In this document: positions 46,900 to 57,443 of the stretch, in pieces | Layout of the letters: the number at the start of each line of letters is the position of its first letter | Position numbering within the stretch: the first letter of the stretch is position 1 | NCBI RefSeq assembly: GCF_947495315.1 | Contig: NZ_CANLYD010000022.1 | Coordinates: forward strand, 22,390 to 86,389 | Direction: 5' to 3' | Length of the DNA stretch: 64,000 nucleotides | Source of the DNA: an uncultured Aquimarina sp. | GTDB taxonomy: Bacteria > Bacteroidota > Bacteroidia > Flavobacteriales > Flavobacteriaceae | Translations under genes and position numbers: made by a program | The notes under the pieces: model-generated | The model's input: the letters and a program-made list of their open reading frames with translations, nothing else | Database searches by the model: none | Told to the model about the DNA's origin: nothing

Positions 46900-47319
46900 T
46901 TAGTCATCAGTATCAATGTAAACACGACCATCAGTATAGGTTTCGCCATCATCAAATGAAATTTCTAACATAAATGATGTAGCTGTGAGTGACGAAATTT
47001 TATATAATCCACCACTAACCGTTTGTCCCTGTCCTGATAAATTAGTAACTTCTATTATACCGGCTGCTTGATCAAACCATTGCCAGTTTCCTTCACCTAG
47101 AACATCATTACCAAATAAAGAAATGTTTTGCCTATAAGTATTGTCTGATGAAAAATAAATATCAGCAGTAAAATCAGCCTCATCGAACCACCATTTGTCA
47201 AACAATAACTCTAAATTGTCATTGACTATCACGTCATCAGTATCATCACTGGAACAACTTACACTAAAAACACTTGTTAAAAGTAATACGAATAGCATTT
47301 TGGGTACTCTTGTTTTCAT
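46900..47319 (-). CDS. Small lipoprotein of unknown function
   Basis: Lipobox SVSC followed by SSDD, 139 aa. Confidence 0.6.
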   Translation of the reverse strand: MKTRVPKMLFVLLLTSVFSVSCSSDDTDDVIVNDNLELLFDKWWFDEADFTADIYFSSDNTYRQNISLFGNDVLGEGNWQWFDQAAGIIEVTNLSGQGQTVSGGLYKISSLTATSFMLEISFDDGETYTDGRVYIDTDD

Positions 47320-47354
47320 TCTTTTTTATTTTGGGTTATTAATTTATAAACACT

Positions 47355-47376
47355 TACTTTTTACAGTAACTTTTAT
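47355..47376. repeat. 22-nt perfect direct repeat, right copy
   Basis: TACTTTTTACAGTAACTTTTAT. Confidence 0.9.
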
Positions 47377-47504
47377 TTTTTATTTTTTTTCTTACTCACA
47401 TCCGTCCTTGTCAATGAAGAGCATCGTCAAAGTCTTATAATCACATAACTATAAACCTGCCAGCTACGGTAGATCCTAACTATTTGGTTTTTTTAATCCA
47501 CGCG

Positions 47505-47649
47505 ATCAAAATCTGGCCACGGCACACATACCCCTACGCAACCGTAGCCATTTGATTTCTAAGTAAAGTTAATCTGACTAAAATGCCTACCATAATCATC
47601 AAACTAAACTATTACTATATATATGTGTCGTGAGAGATTATTTTGTTAC
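47505..47649. repeat. ~145-nt intergenic element, copy 2
   Basis: ATCAAAATCTGGCCACGG...CCGTAGCCATTTGATTT...GCCTACCATAATCAT...TTACTATATAT...TATTTTGTTAC. Hairpin GGCCACGG (47515-47522) / CCGTAGCC (47542-47549). Confidence 0.75.
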
Positions 47650-47802
47650 CCCCTCTTTCTTGATTTTTTTTATTTTTTTTATTTAGGCAAATATATGACG
47701 TGCAAAAATCAACTTCTTAGCTAAAAGATGTTGTATTTAGTTTTTATAATAACGAAATTAAAATTGAAAACCTGCTTTTAAGTTTCCAAAACAGAAATAT
47801 AA

Positions 47803-48705
47803 TTAAGCAACCTCCTCACCTTTAGAAGCTTCCCATATCCTAAACCACTCTTCATCTGTAATCTGAAGTGATAAAGAATTTACAGCAGACTGAATACGAT
47901 TTATTTTTGTTGAACCTATAATGGGTACTATTCCTGAAGGGTGTTTTAATATCCAAGCGGTCAGTATTTGATCAGGAGATGTATCATACTTATCTGCTAA
48001 ACTATTTACAACTTTATTTATTCTTAAAACTTTTTCATCTGGTTGTTTTGAAAAGAACTTCCCTCCAGCAAGCGTAGAATACGCCATAGGTTTTATGTTA
48101 TGCTTTATACACTGATCTAAAGAACCATCAATAAATGGTGCTAGCTGTAATGGTGAGATTTCTATTTGATTGGTTTGTAGCGGAAAAGAAGTATTTAACA
48201 TATCGAACTGAGAAGTAGCAAAATTAGACACTCCAAAATTCAACACTTTACCACTTGATTTTAGCATTTCAAAAGCTTCTGCTATCTCTGATGGATTCAT
48301 TAGAGGGCTTGGCCTATGAATCAACAACATATCTATATAATCTGTTTGTAAATTCATCAATGATTGTTCTACAGACTCTATAATATATTTTTTGGTTGTC
48401 TTATAGGACTTTATCTTGTTGTCAGGTCGATTAGGAGTCACTAACCTAATTCCACATTTAGTAATCAACTGTATTTGTTTTCTTAGCGAGCTTTTATCTT
48501 TGATAGCACTACCAAATAATGCTTCGGTGGTATAATGTCCATAAATATCTGCGTGATCAAAGGTTGTTACGCCAATATCAATGCAATCTTCGATTAATTT
48601 TTGAGATTGATCAATGGTAAGATTTGCTCCCCATTCTCCCCAATTCATACATCCCGCTACTATTCTAGAAAATAATGATCCGTTTTCTGAAACCTTTGTA
48701 TTCAT
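47803..48705 (-). CDS. Aldo/keto reductase
   Basis: 300 aa. TFDHADIYG, LLIHRP and GVSNF motifs typical of the AKR fold. Confidence 0.85.
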   Translation of the reverse strand: MNTKVSENGSLFSRIVAGCMNWGEWGANLTIDQSQKLIEDCIDIGVTTFDHADIYGHYTTEALFGSAIKDKSSLRKQIQLITKCGIRLVTPNRPDNKIKSYKTTKKYIIESVEQSLMNLQTDYIDMLLIHRPSPLMNPSEIAEAFEMLKSSGKVLNFGVSNFATSQFDMLNTSFPLQTNQIEISPLQLAPFIDGSLDQCIKHNIKPMAYSTLAGGKFFSKQPDEKVLRINKVVNSLADKYDTSPDQILTAWILKHPSGIVPIIGSTKINRIQSAVNSLSLQITDEEWFRIWEASKGEEVA

Positions 48706-48744
48706 TTTATTTAATTTTTAGACTATAACCTAAGATATATCTTC

Positions 48745-51700
48745 TCAATAATTTATTGCTTCATATATCAATCGCTGAATTTCTGATCGAATATCGTTTG
48801 ATATCAATTTACGATTGGCAGAATCAGGAAACGTACGATTACTAAGAAATACGTAGATGATTTCTTCATCAGGGTCTGCCCAGGTAAATGTCCCGGTAAA
48901 ACCACTATGCCCATAACTATTCATAGATATACAACCACAAGTGGGTCCCACATCACCTAACTGAGGTTTATCAAATCCCACACCTCTTCTTACATCTCTA
49001 TCACAATAAGTGCAGGTATTAAACTCAGCTATAGTCTGACTGCCTATATATTGCTTACCACCATAATACCCGCCATTAAGATACATCTGCATTATCTTAG
49101 TAACATCGTTTGCATTAGAAAATAAACCTGCATGACCTCCAATACCTCCAAACATTGCCGCTCCCTGATCGTGTACATATCCGTGAACAATCTCTTTTCT
49201 ATATGCTTGATCATTTTCGGTAGGAACAATGTGCTTTTTATCAAACTTGCTTAACGGTAAATACCCCATATTACTTGCTCCTATCGCCTTGTAAAGATGT
49301 TGTTGAGTCAAAGCGTCTAAATTATTTCCATAGTGTTCTTCGATAAAAGATTTCATTAAATAATATGGAAGATCACTGTATTTATAACTAAGCCTACTTC
49401 TTAATTCGCTATCTCTTATCCGTAACATTAGTGAATCTTTCATATCACTTCTTAGATACAAATTACCAGTTACTTTAATATTAAATTCATCAGAAGGTTT
49501 ATTTCTATAGTATTTCTTATCTGGTCTTGTAGTAGCAGTATCTAGCGTTTTTAAATAAAAAGGAATCCAGGCTCTTAATCGTGCATAATGGGACAGCATC
49601 GATCTAACAGTAATATCCTTTTTATTAGAATCGCTAAACGAAGGCAACATCTCTCCTACTCTGGTATCCAAAGATAAAATACCTTTATCTTTTAGTTCCA
49701 TTGTTAATGGTAATGTAGAAAGAATTTTAGTCAAGGATGCCAAGTCATAAATGTCTGAGCTTTTAACTTTCCGGGATTTTGAATAGGTATGGTATCCATA
49801 ATTTTTATTGAAAATCACCTTACCTTTTCTCGCGACGATTAATTGCAAGCCTGGCGTCATATCTCCTCTTAAGGCTATATCTACTATTGAATCAATACGC
49901 TCTAATTTATGAGAGTTCATACCTACCGTTTCCGGTATACCATATGTAAGGCGTTTTAAAGATCTTGTTTCAAACCCTGTTCCTAAAGGAAAATCCACAC
50001 CAAGACTTACCGGAAGTTTTCCTTTTGCTTCTATAGCTCCAAAAAGCAATTGAGCGGCTTTTTGTTGGGCAACCGGACTATTTTGATATGCCATTAAAAT
50101 ACCTTCAAAGTTTGTGGTTGTCTGCAAATCTAACATTGCATAAGGGCGAGAAAAAACACTAAGAACCGTATTATTTAACCTAGCGATTTCATATAGCCAT
50201 ACCAATTCTTTATCCTTAAACTTATAATCTTTCCAAGGATTAGCATTTGATTTATGTAAACCAACAATGACATAATTATAGTTTCGTAACTGATCCAATA
50301 TATCAGATAGCTGATTACCTTTTACCCAATCTACTTTAGTATACTTGTTCAGTTCTTCTAAAAAGATTTCTCCAGAATCATCTCCGAGAGAAACATATGC
50401 TACTTTTTTAAGATCTAAATTTTTAACAGGTAATATTGCCCGATCGTTTTTGATTAAGGTTAAAGAATTCTCTACCAGTTTATGATGCAAAACCTCATTG
50501 GCAATACTATTAAGCTCTTCGGTAAGGTATTCAGTTTTTACAGGCTTGTATTTATGAAGTCCTGCCTTATATTTTGCTTGTAGTATCTTTTTAACAGAGT
50601 GGGATAAGCGTTGCTCTGTAATTTCACCCGCGTAATACGCTGATACAATTTTCTGAGATGCCAGTGGAACATCTTCTGATATTAAAAGAATATCATTTCC
50701 TGCCTTCAAAGCTGCAAGATCAATATCGCCAGGGGCTTTAAAATCAGAAGCTCCTTTCATATTCAAAGCATCTGTAATGATTACCCCTTCAAAACCAAGA
50801 CTGTCTTGTAAAATATTAGTAACTACGTTCTCAGAAATTGAAGATGGATATCCCGATCGAGGTTCTAAGCTTGGAATATTAAGGTGTGCGACCATCACAC
50901 TGGATAATCCGTCAGCAATTAGTTTACGATATGGGTATAGCTCTATACTATCTATTCTTTTTTGATCAAAATTAATGGTTGGCAATGTTTTATGTGAGTC
51001 ACTATCCGTATCTCCGTGACCTGGAAAATGTTTTGCACTTGCCAGAACACCCTCTTTTTGCATTCCTTTCATAAAAGCTAACGCCTTCTCTGTCACATTA
51101 TCCTTGTCTTCACCAAAAGAACGATTCCCAATAATTGGGTTTTTTGGATTCGTATTCATATCCACAACAGGTGCAAAATTAATATGGACACCTAACCGTT
51201 TACAGTGTTTAGCTATTTGTCGACCTGTCTCTTCTATTAAATCATTATCCTGAATAGCTCCCAAAGTCATATTCCACGGAAAAGCTTTGGTAGAATCCAA
51301 TCGCATAGCTAATCCCCATTCTGCATCCATCCCAATAAGTAAAGGCACTTTAGAGAGTTCTTGATACTCATTATTTAATTTAGCCTGACGCTGTGGCCCT
51401 CCTTTAGAAAAGATAATTCCTCCAATATGAAATTCCTCTATCAGTTTCTTTATTTTGTCTGTCTCTTTCTTAGGTTTTGAAGAAAAAACATCTACCATAA
51501 ATAGTTGTCCTATTTTTTCCTTTAGTGTCATTCGATTATAAATACTATCTACCCACAATCTTTGGGTATCATATTCATCTTCAACAATAAGTGGACTTAA
51601 TGGAATTATATCAGTTTTTAGTTCAATAGTAAGAGAATCAGGCTGATTTGCGTTGATCGAATCTTCTATCTTTAAAACATCAGATTGCTGGGAATAAACT

Positions 51701-51756
51701 GATAAGGTGAAAATAAAAATTATATAGGAAAAGTATTTTGTAAAAGTATATCGCAC
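48745..51756 (-). CDS. Glycoside hydrolase family 3 (NagZ-like) domain fused to a beta-lactamase/serine hydrolase domain
   Basis: N-terminal half has KHFPGHGDTDSDSH and GVIITDAL (GH3). C-terminal half has the S-x-x-K motif ASLTKIL and HSGFTG (class C beta-lactamase-like). Signal peptide present. Confidence 0.85.
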   Translation of the reverse strand: MRYTFTKYFSYIIFIFTLSVYSQQSDVLKIEDSINANQPDSLTIELKTDIIPLSPLIVEDEYDTQRLWVDSIYNRMTLKEKIGQLFMVDVFSSKPKKETDKIKKLIEEFHIGGIIFSKGGPQRQAKLNNEYQELSKVPLLIGMDAEWGLAMRLDSTKAFPWNMTLGAIQDNDLIEETGRQIAKHCKRLGVHINFAPVVDMNTNPKNPIIGNRSFGEDKDNVTEKALAFMKGMQKEGVLASAKHFPGHGDTDSDSHKTLPTINFDQKRIDSIELYPYRKLIADGLSSVMVAHLNIPSLEPRSGYPSSISENVVTNILQDSLGFEGVIITDALNMKGASDFKAPGDIDLAALKAGNDILLISEDVPLASQKIVSAYYAGEITEQRLSHSVKKILQAKYKAGLHKYKPVKTEYLTEELNSIANEVLHHKLVENSLTLIKNDRAILPVKNLDLKKVAYVSLGDDSGEIFLEELNKYTKVDWVKGNQLSDILDQLRNYNYVIVGLHKSNANPWKDYKFKDKELVWLYEIARLNNTVLSVFSRPYAMLDLQTTTNFEGILMAYQNSPVAQQKAAQLLFGAIEAKGKLPVSLGVDFPLGTGFETRSLKRLTYGIPETVGMNSHKLERIDSIVDIALRGDMTPGLQLIVARKGKVIFNKNYGYHTYSKSRKVKSSDIYDLASLTKILSTLPLTMELKDKGILSLDTRVGEMLPSFSDSNKKDITVRSMLSHYARLRAWIPFYLKTLDTATTRPDKKYYRNKPSDEFNIKVTGNLYLRSDMKDSLMLRIRDSELRSRLSYKYSDLPYYLMKSFIEEHYGNNLDALTQQHLYKAIGASNMGYLPLSKFDKKHIVPTENDQAYRKEIVHGYVHDQGAAMFGGIGGHAGLFSNANDVTKIMQMYLNGGYYGGKQYIGSQTIAEFNTCTYCDRDVRRGVGFDKPQLGDVGPTCGCISMNSYGHSGFTGTFTWADPDEEIIYVFLSNRTFPDSANRKLISNDIRSEIQRLIYEAINY

Positions 51757-51763
51757 AAAAAAA

Positions 51764-52249
51764 CTAATTTAAAAAACGGTTATGCCAACTTTCTTTAGCA
51801 GGAACTTCCCAATCTGTTTTATATTCGGCAATATTAGTTACCAGATTATTAAACACAATAGTATTAGGAGATACAGATCGGTTTTTTGCCATTTTCCTAA
51901 AGTCTGTAAGTGATTTATATGCAACAAACTCTCCTTGTTTATAAGAAACATTCATTTTATCCATCAAATCGACATTGTAATCGCTTTCTAATTTCTGGAT
52001 AAAATGTACGGAAGCATCTATAGAACATCCTGTAGCCGCATTCGCATCTTGATCTAGAGCAATACTAATAAACCTTTTATATTTTATATCATATCCTGCC
52101 TTAAGATCTGCTCCGTGTGCAGTCCATTGTGTTATAAAAGTATCTAACTTTTTTTTTATCTCTTCTAACTCCTCTGAAGTAAAGGATCTATTGGCTTGAT
52201 ATATCCAAATTCTCGAAGTATCAGGGAGCTCATTAAAATCTACTAACAT
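51764..52249 (-). CDS. Conserved hypothetical protein
   Basis: 161-aa clean ORF with no motif recognised. Confidence 0.55.
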   Translation of the reverse strand: MLVDFNELPDTSRIWIYQANRSFTSEELEEIKKKLDTFITQWTAHGADLKAGYDIKYKRFISIALDQDANAATGCSIDASVHFIQKLESDYNVDLMDKMNVSYKQGEFVAYKSLTDFRKMAKNRSVSPNTIVFNNLVTNIAEYKTDWEVPAKESWHNRFLN

Positions 52250-52371
52250 CTGCTTTCTTTTTATTCTCTAAAATAACAAAAACTATTTCTAATTGTTGCA
52301 ACAAAAAAGAGTTAATATGAAGAAACATATTAACTCTTTAATTATTGTATTTCATTTATTAAAAAATACTT

Positions 52372-53163
52372 TTATAAATCTTGAGCATTTGCAATTAATT
52401 CTGCCACATCCATCACATCAATACTATCTTCTTTCTCTTTGCTTTTCACACCATCGGTCATCATAGTATTACAGAAAGGACAACCAGCAGCAATAATATC
52501 AGGTTTTGTTTCCAGAGCATCCTCAGTTCTTTCGATATTAACATCTTTATTACCTGGTTCTGGTTCCTTAAACATTTGTGCTCCTCCTGCTCCGCAGCAT
52601 AACCCATTGCGCTTGCAACGCTTCATCTCTATAAGTTCTACTTCTAATTTCCTAAGAAGATCCCTAGGTGCTTCATATACATCATTTGCTCTACCCAAGT
52701 AACAAGGATCGTGAAAAGTAATACGTTTTCCTTTAAACTTTCCTCCTTGTACGGTTAATCTTCCTTCATCTAACAAAGACTTAAGAAATTGTGTATGGTG
52801 CATCACTTCATAATCTCCTCCTAATACAGGATACTCATTTTTTAATGTATTGAAACAATGAGGACAAGCGGTAACTACTTTCTTTATTTCATAAGCATTC
52901 ATTACTTCTATATTTGTAACTGCTTGCATCTGGAACAAGAATTCATTACCTGATCTTTTGGCAGGATCACCAGTACAGCTTTCCTCCGTACCTAATACAG
53001 CAAAGTCTACATTGGCACTATGAAGTAATTTCACAAAAGCTTTAGTAATTTTCTTGGCTCTGTCATCAAAACTACCAGCACAGCCTACCCAAAATAAAAC
53101 TTCTGGCTTTTTTCCTTCAGCCATATACTCTGCCATTGTTGGCACCTTTACTGTTTCACTCAT
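52372..53163 (-). CDS. (Fe-S)-binding oxidoreductase subunit with two CCG-type Cys-rich domains
   Basis: Repeated Cys patterns: VGCAGSFD...CTGD...CPHC and DPCYLGR...CCGAGG...CPFC. Confidence 0.8.
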   Translation of the reverse strand: MSETVKVPTMAEYMAEGKKPEVLFWVGCAGSFDDRAKKITKAFVKLLHSANVDFAVLGTEESCTGDPAKRSGNEFLFQMQAVTNIEVMNAYEIKKVVTACPHCFNTLKNEYPVLGGDYEVMHHTQFLKSLLDEGRLTVQGGKFKGKRITFHDPCYLGRANDVYEAPRDLLRKLEVELIEMKRCKRNGLCCGAGGAQMFKEPEPGNKDVNIERTEDALETKPDIIAAGCPFCNTMMTDGVKSKEKEDSIDVMDVAELIANAQDL

Positions 53164-53227
53164 ATGTATTTACTATTTATATATTATGATTTCCGTTTTA
53201 AAAATTATTCAAAACAAAAATTCATAT

Positions 53228-53674
53228 TTAATCGTGTTTACCGTCGTCAAAAACTTCGATGGTTACTACTCTCTCTACCAGTTCTGTAAATTTACCAGTA
53301 TAACGAGTAGCTTTTACCAAGTGATTATCAATCCAATGATAGTTTCCTCCTCTTGGTTTTCCCATTAAAAGACTATGATACTTAAATCCGTGTTTATTTA
53401 ACCAAGCCTCTGTAACTTCTCTATGATCTTCTGTTCTGGATGTAAAAAAGCATATAATATGTCCTTCTTCATACCATTTGTTCAATGTAATTAATGCATC
53501 CGGAAATGGTGCACAAGTAGCCATTCTCTCTGGTTCTTCATTAGGAACATCTTCTGTAATTGTTCCATCAATATCAATAAGATAGTTTTTAATACCTTCT
53601 GGTAAAACAGGACTAATATGTTCTCCGGCTTCTATCTTATCATGCAATAGTTTCTCTACTTCTTCCTTCTTCAT
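53228..53674 (-). CDS. HAD-superfamily phosphatase-like protein
   Basis: DxDxT motif (IDIDGTIT), S/T motif (FFTSR). 148 aa. Confidence 0.5.
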   Translation of the reverse strand: MKKEEVEKLLHDKIEAGEHISPVLPEGIKNYLIDIDGTITEDVPNEEPERMATCAPFPDALITLNKWYEEGHIICFFTSRTEDHREVTEAWLNKHGFKYHSLLMGKPRGGNYHWIDNHLVKATRYTGKFTELVERVVTIEVFDDGKHD

Positions 53675-53741
53675 AATTTCTAAATTCTCTTAAATTTTTA
53701 AAGTTTATGGTTAATAGTTATGGTTAATCGTATTATCATTT

Positions 53742-55061
53742 TTATTCTTGACTCCAGTTTAATCTATCCATTTGGTTAAATGGCCAAGGAGCTCCATTAT
53801 TTTCTATGTTAGACATCATATTATTAAGGTCTGTTGGCGCTGCACTTTGCTCCATTACTAAATATCTTCTCATATCTAAAATAATAGACAATGGACTAAT
53901 ACTCACCGGGCAGGCCTCTACACAAGCATTACAACTTGTACACGCCCATAATTCTTCTGGAGTAATATAATCGTTTAATAATTGTTTACCATCGTCAACA
54001 AAACTACCATTCTTATCAATATTATCTCCTACTTCCTGAAGGCGATCTCTGGTATCCATCATAATTTTACGAGGCGACAGCTTCTTACCTGTCTGGTTTG
54101 CCGGACATTCACTAGTACAACGTCCACACTCTGTGCAAGTATATGAATTAAGTAACTGTACCCAGTTTAGATCTGTTACATCAGAAGCACCAAATTTTTC
54201 TGGTTCAGCTTCGGCTTCGTCTTCTGCAGGGGCTGCAAATGGATCTGCATTAGGGTCCATCATAAGCATCACCTCTTTGGTAACAGCTTCTAGGTTATCC
54301 ATTTGTCCTTTAGGCTTTAAGTCTCCAAAATACGTATTAGGAAATGCTAAAAGGATATGTAAATGTTTAGAGAAATATAAATAGTTCAGAAATATTAGAA
54401 TCCCTATAATATGCATCCACCAAGCACCTCTTTCGACAAGAATCAAACTTGCTTCTGACATTCCATTAAATAATGGTGCTATATATTGACTTACTGGATA
54501 TGCTCCAGCTTTCGCATAATGTTCTGCTCCCAAACTTTGTAATTGGAAATCTGCACCATTCATTGTAAGAAACAGTGTCATTAATACAACCTCAAAATAC
54601 AGGATAATATTACCATCATTTTTAGGCCAACCTTTTAAAGTCTTAAAACGCTTAATATTAATTACATTTCTTCTTATCCAGAATATAAATACACTCACTA
54701 GCACTAAAAGTGCTAAAATTTCAAAAGAACCAATTAGGAAATCATAAAAACCTCCTAAAAAAGCAAATATTCTATGTGTCCCTAAAATACCATCTATGAT
54801 AATTTCCAGTACTTCAATATTGATAATAATAAATCCTAAATAGACTACAACATGTAATATTCCCGAAATAGGTCTTCTTACCATCTTAGATTGCCCAAAA
54901 GCAATACGCGCCATATTATTGAAGCGCTCTTTTTTATTATCAGTTCGATCTACATCCTTACCCAATCGAATATTCCGAATGACTTTACGAATGTTTTTAG
55001 TAAAATATCCAATTCCAGCTATTAAAGCAATTATAAATATGATATTAGGAATATATTGCAT
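53742..55061 (-). CDS. Membrane-bound 4Fe-4S dicluster oxidoreductase subunit
   Basis: N-terminal polytopic part plus CTECGRCTSECP and CTSCNACVEACP ferredoxin motifs. Confidence 0.8.
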   Translation of the reverse strand: MQYIPNIIFIIALIAGIGYFTKNIRKVIRNIRLGKDVDRTDNKKERFNNMARIAFGQSKMVRRPISGILHVVVYLGFIIINIEVLEIIIDGILGTHRIFAFLGGFYDFLIGSFEILALLVLVSVFIFWIRRNVINIKRFKTLKGWPKNDGNIILYFEVVLMTLFLTMNGADFQLQSLGAEHYAKAGAYPVSQYIAPLFNGMSEASLILVERGAWWMHIIGILIFLNYLYFSKHLHILLAFPNTYFGDLKPKGQMDNLEAVTKEVMLMMDPNADPFAAPAEDEAEAEPEKFGASDVTDLNWVQLLNSYTCTECGRCTSECPANQTGKKLSPRKIMMDTRDRLQEVGDNIDKNGSFVDDGKQLLNDYITPEELWACTSCNACVEACPVSISPLSIILDMRRYLVMEQSAAPTDLNNMMSNIENNGAPWPFNQMDRLNWSQE

Positions 55062-55074
55062 AGTTTGGTAGTAG

Positions 55075-56025
55075 TTAGTTTATTGAATCTGTTGGTTTTA
55101 CGTACGGTTTATTCTTTTTCCCAAAGACAGAGACATTCACATATCGCGTTGGGTTTAATCGAAGATCCTGAAGTAATAATTCTAGTTCTTTACTGGCTTT
55201 TTCTAAATTACCATATAATTTATCATCCTTAAGTAGCTTACCCGCAGTTCCGTTTCCAACTTCTAAATCTTTAGAGATTTTTTCGAAATTAGCTAAAACA
55301 CTGTCTAAATCATTAACCAACTTACCTATGTTAACCTTTGATAAGGAATCCGAGAATTGGTTAAGATTCGTTGACATTTCGTCGAGATTAGAAAGCGTAC
55401 TGTTTAGCTTCCCTTCATTACCTGACAAAATATTGTTCAACGCTCCAGATGCGCCTTTGAAGTTTCTAACCGTAATACTTAGGTCTTTAAATATAGAATT
55501 CAGATTATTTTTATTATCAAGAGATAAAATTTCATTTACAGAAGTTAATAACGTATCCGCATCTTTTATTGCGGATTCTAATTTGAGCTGAAGTGGTGTT
55601 AACTGTTCATTTACCAATTCCAAAAGACCTGCTTCTACTTTTCCTGGAAGCGTGTCTTGATCTTTTGCTTCCAATCCTTGTTCATAAATAGGCTCTATTG
55701 CAAGGCTTTTGCCTCCAATTAAACCTCCTCCATAAACCTTTGCCAAGCTATTTTTAGAGAAAGAAAAATTACTATTAACATTAAATTTAACCAACAGTTT
55801 CCCGTTAGTATCAGCAAAACCTATAGAAATGACTTTACCGACTACTAGACCATTTATGGTAACAGCAGAAGAAGGTATTAAACCTTCTACATTATCATAT
55901 ATAGCATAAAAAGTCCTATCATCATTCAAAAGGTTTTTACCTTTTAAAAAACTATAACCAAAAATCAAAAGTGCTATAGCAGACAGTGCTAAAATTCCTG
56001 TTTTAACTTCGCGAGTAAATTTCAA
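55075..56025 (-). CDS. MlaD/MCE-family protein
   Basis: N-terminal anchor, MCE core (AIYDNVEGLIPSSAVTINGLVVGKV), long helical C-terminal region. Confidence 0.75.
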   Translation of the reverse strand: MKFTREVKTGILALSAIALLIFGYSFLKGKNLLNDDRTFYAIYDNVEGLIPSSAVTINGLVVGKVISIGFADTNGKLLVKFNVNSNFSFSKNSLAKVYGGGLIGGKSLAIEPIYEQGLEAKDQDTLPGKVEAGLLELVNEQLTPLQLKLESAIKDADTLLTSVNEILSLDNKNNLNSIFKDLSITVRNFKGASGALNNILSGNEGKLNSTLSNLDEMSTNLNQFSDSLSKVNIGKLVNDLDSVLANFEKISKDLEVGNGTAGKLLKDDKLYGNLEKASKELELLLQDLRLNPTRYVNVSVFGKKNKPYVKPTDSIN

Positions 56026-56111
56026 AATAGCATATGTTTAGGACACAAATTTAGAATAAAAAAAATACTTCTAAAGATTATTAACGAACGAATTATCAGT
56101 ATTTATTTAGA

Positions 56112-57245
56112 TTAATTCGATGAAGTATCTGTTTTTAACGCTTCTGTAAGTGGAATTAATTCATTATCCTTAAATGCAACCACAAAACAAGAGGTATACC
56201 CTTTCTCTACAGCTACACCTTTTAACTCCTTGATTAAATTATAATTAGAGGTGTTTCCGAAGTAGTATTTATGTAACTCACCAAACTGAACTTTGGACAA
56301 TTGATTCAATCCATTAAAATTTTTCGGGTCAAGCTCAATATCATTAGAACCGGCTGCAATCTGAACTTTAAAAATTATATCATCATATAATTCCTCTCCC
56401 ACCATTTGTGTTATTGAATCATTGTTAACTGTTTCTGGGATTTCAGGTTCCGGCACATAATACGCTGCATCCAGGCTTTCCTTATAATCTACGATTGACT
56501 TGATTATAGATTTCGCCATTTCTTCCTGACCTTTTTTAGAATTAAGATATTTCCCTTCTTTATTATTAGTAAGAAATCCTAATTCTATAAGCACGCTTGG
56601 CATATATGTCTGGTGTAATACAACAAAACCAGCTTGTTTTACTCCTCTACTTTTTCGTTTTAATGTTTTATTGAATCTATTCTGCACAAAACTTGCTAGC
56701 GTAAGGCTTTGATCAAGATATTCTTCCTGCATTAATGTTAATCCTATAATAGATTCTGGAGAATTCGGATCAAAACCATCATAGTTTGCCTCGTAATTAT
56801 CTTCCATTAAGATAACAGAGTTTTCATTTTTCGCTACATTAAAGTTTTCATCATTAGCATGCAATCCTAATACAAATGTTTCTGTTCCATATGCTTGAGA
56901 ATGATGAGAGTTACAATGAACAGATACAAATAGATCTGCCTTTGCTTTATTTGCTATACTTCCTCTCTCGTGTAATTCGATAAATTTATCATCCTTTCTA
57001 GTATATACTACTTTAAATCTATCGTCCTTTTCTAAAGCCGTTCCAACTGCTAATACTACTTTAAGAGAGATATCCTTCTCTTTATAACCATTACCTCTGT
57101 TTCCAGGGTCATGTCCACCATGTCCAGCATCCAAAACCACGACAAACTTTTCCTTATAACTATCCGGAGCTACTGATATAGAAAATGCAGACAGTATAAA
57201 AATCAATACAATCGACAAGGAGCTATATATTATTTTCTTTTTCAT
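56112..57245 (-). CDS. N-acetylmuramoyl-L-alanine amidase (Amidase_3) with SPOR-like C-terminal domain
   Basis: VVLDAGHGGHDPG, FVSVHCNS, VLIELGFLTN. The C-terminal ~90 aa fit a SPOR-like pattern. Confidence 0.85.
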   Translation of the reverse strand: MKKKIIYSSLSIVLIFILSAFSISVAPDSYKEKFVVVLDAGHGGHDPGNRGNGYKEKDISLKVVLAVGTALEKDDRFKVVYTRKDDKFIELHERGSIANKAKADLFVSVHCNSHHSQAYGTETFVLGLHANDENFNVAKNENSVILMEDNYEANYDGFDPNSPESIIGLTLMQEEYLDQSLTLASFVQNRFNKTLKRKSRGVKQAGFVVLHQTYMPSVLIELGFLTNNKEGKYLNSKKGQEEMAKSIIKSIVDYKESLDAAYYVPEPEIPETVNNDSITQMVGEELYDDIIFKVQIAAGSNDIELDPKNFNGLNQLSKVQFGELHKYYFGNTSNYNLIKELKGVAVEKGYTSCFVVAFKDNELIPLTEALKTDTSSN

Positions 57246-57443
57246 AATTACACAAAATTATCACTTAGCTTGAAACATTACCTAATTGTTTCCGTATTTA
57301 GTATAATAATTCTAAAATCATAAGGTTATGATCTTAGAAATTACAATACAAGTTTTATTTACAATAACGTCGGAGCCCTGTATTTGATATAAATATTTAT
57401 TTTTTTACCAATTACAATCTCTACATAAAAAATATATGTAATT

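Noticed and set aside
48745-51756. The GH3 plus beta-lactamase-domain fusion, considered as a novel architecture.
   Set aside because: From memory this NagZ-like/serine-hydrolase fusion is a common Bacteroidota peptidoglycan-recycling-type protein, so it is not unusual.
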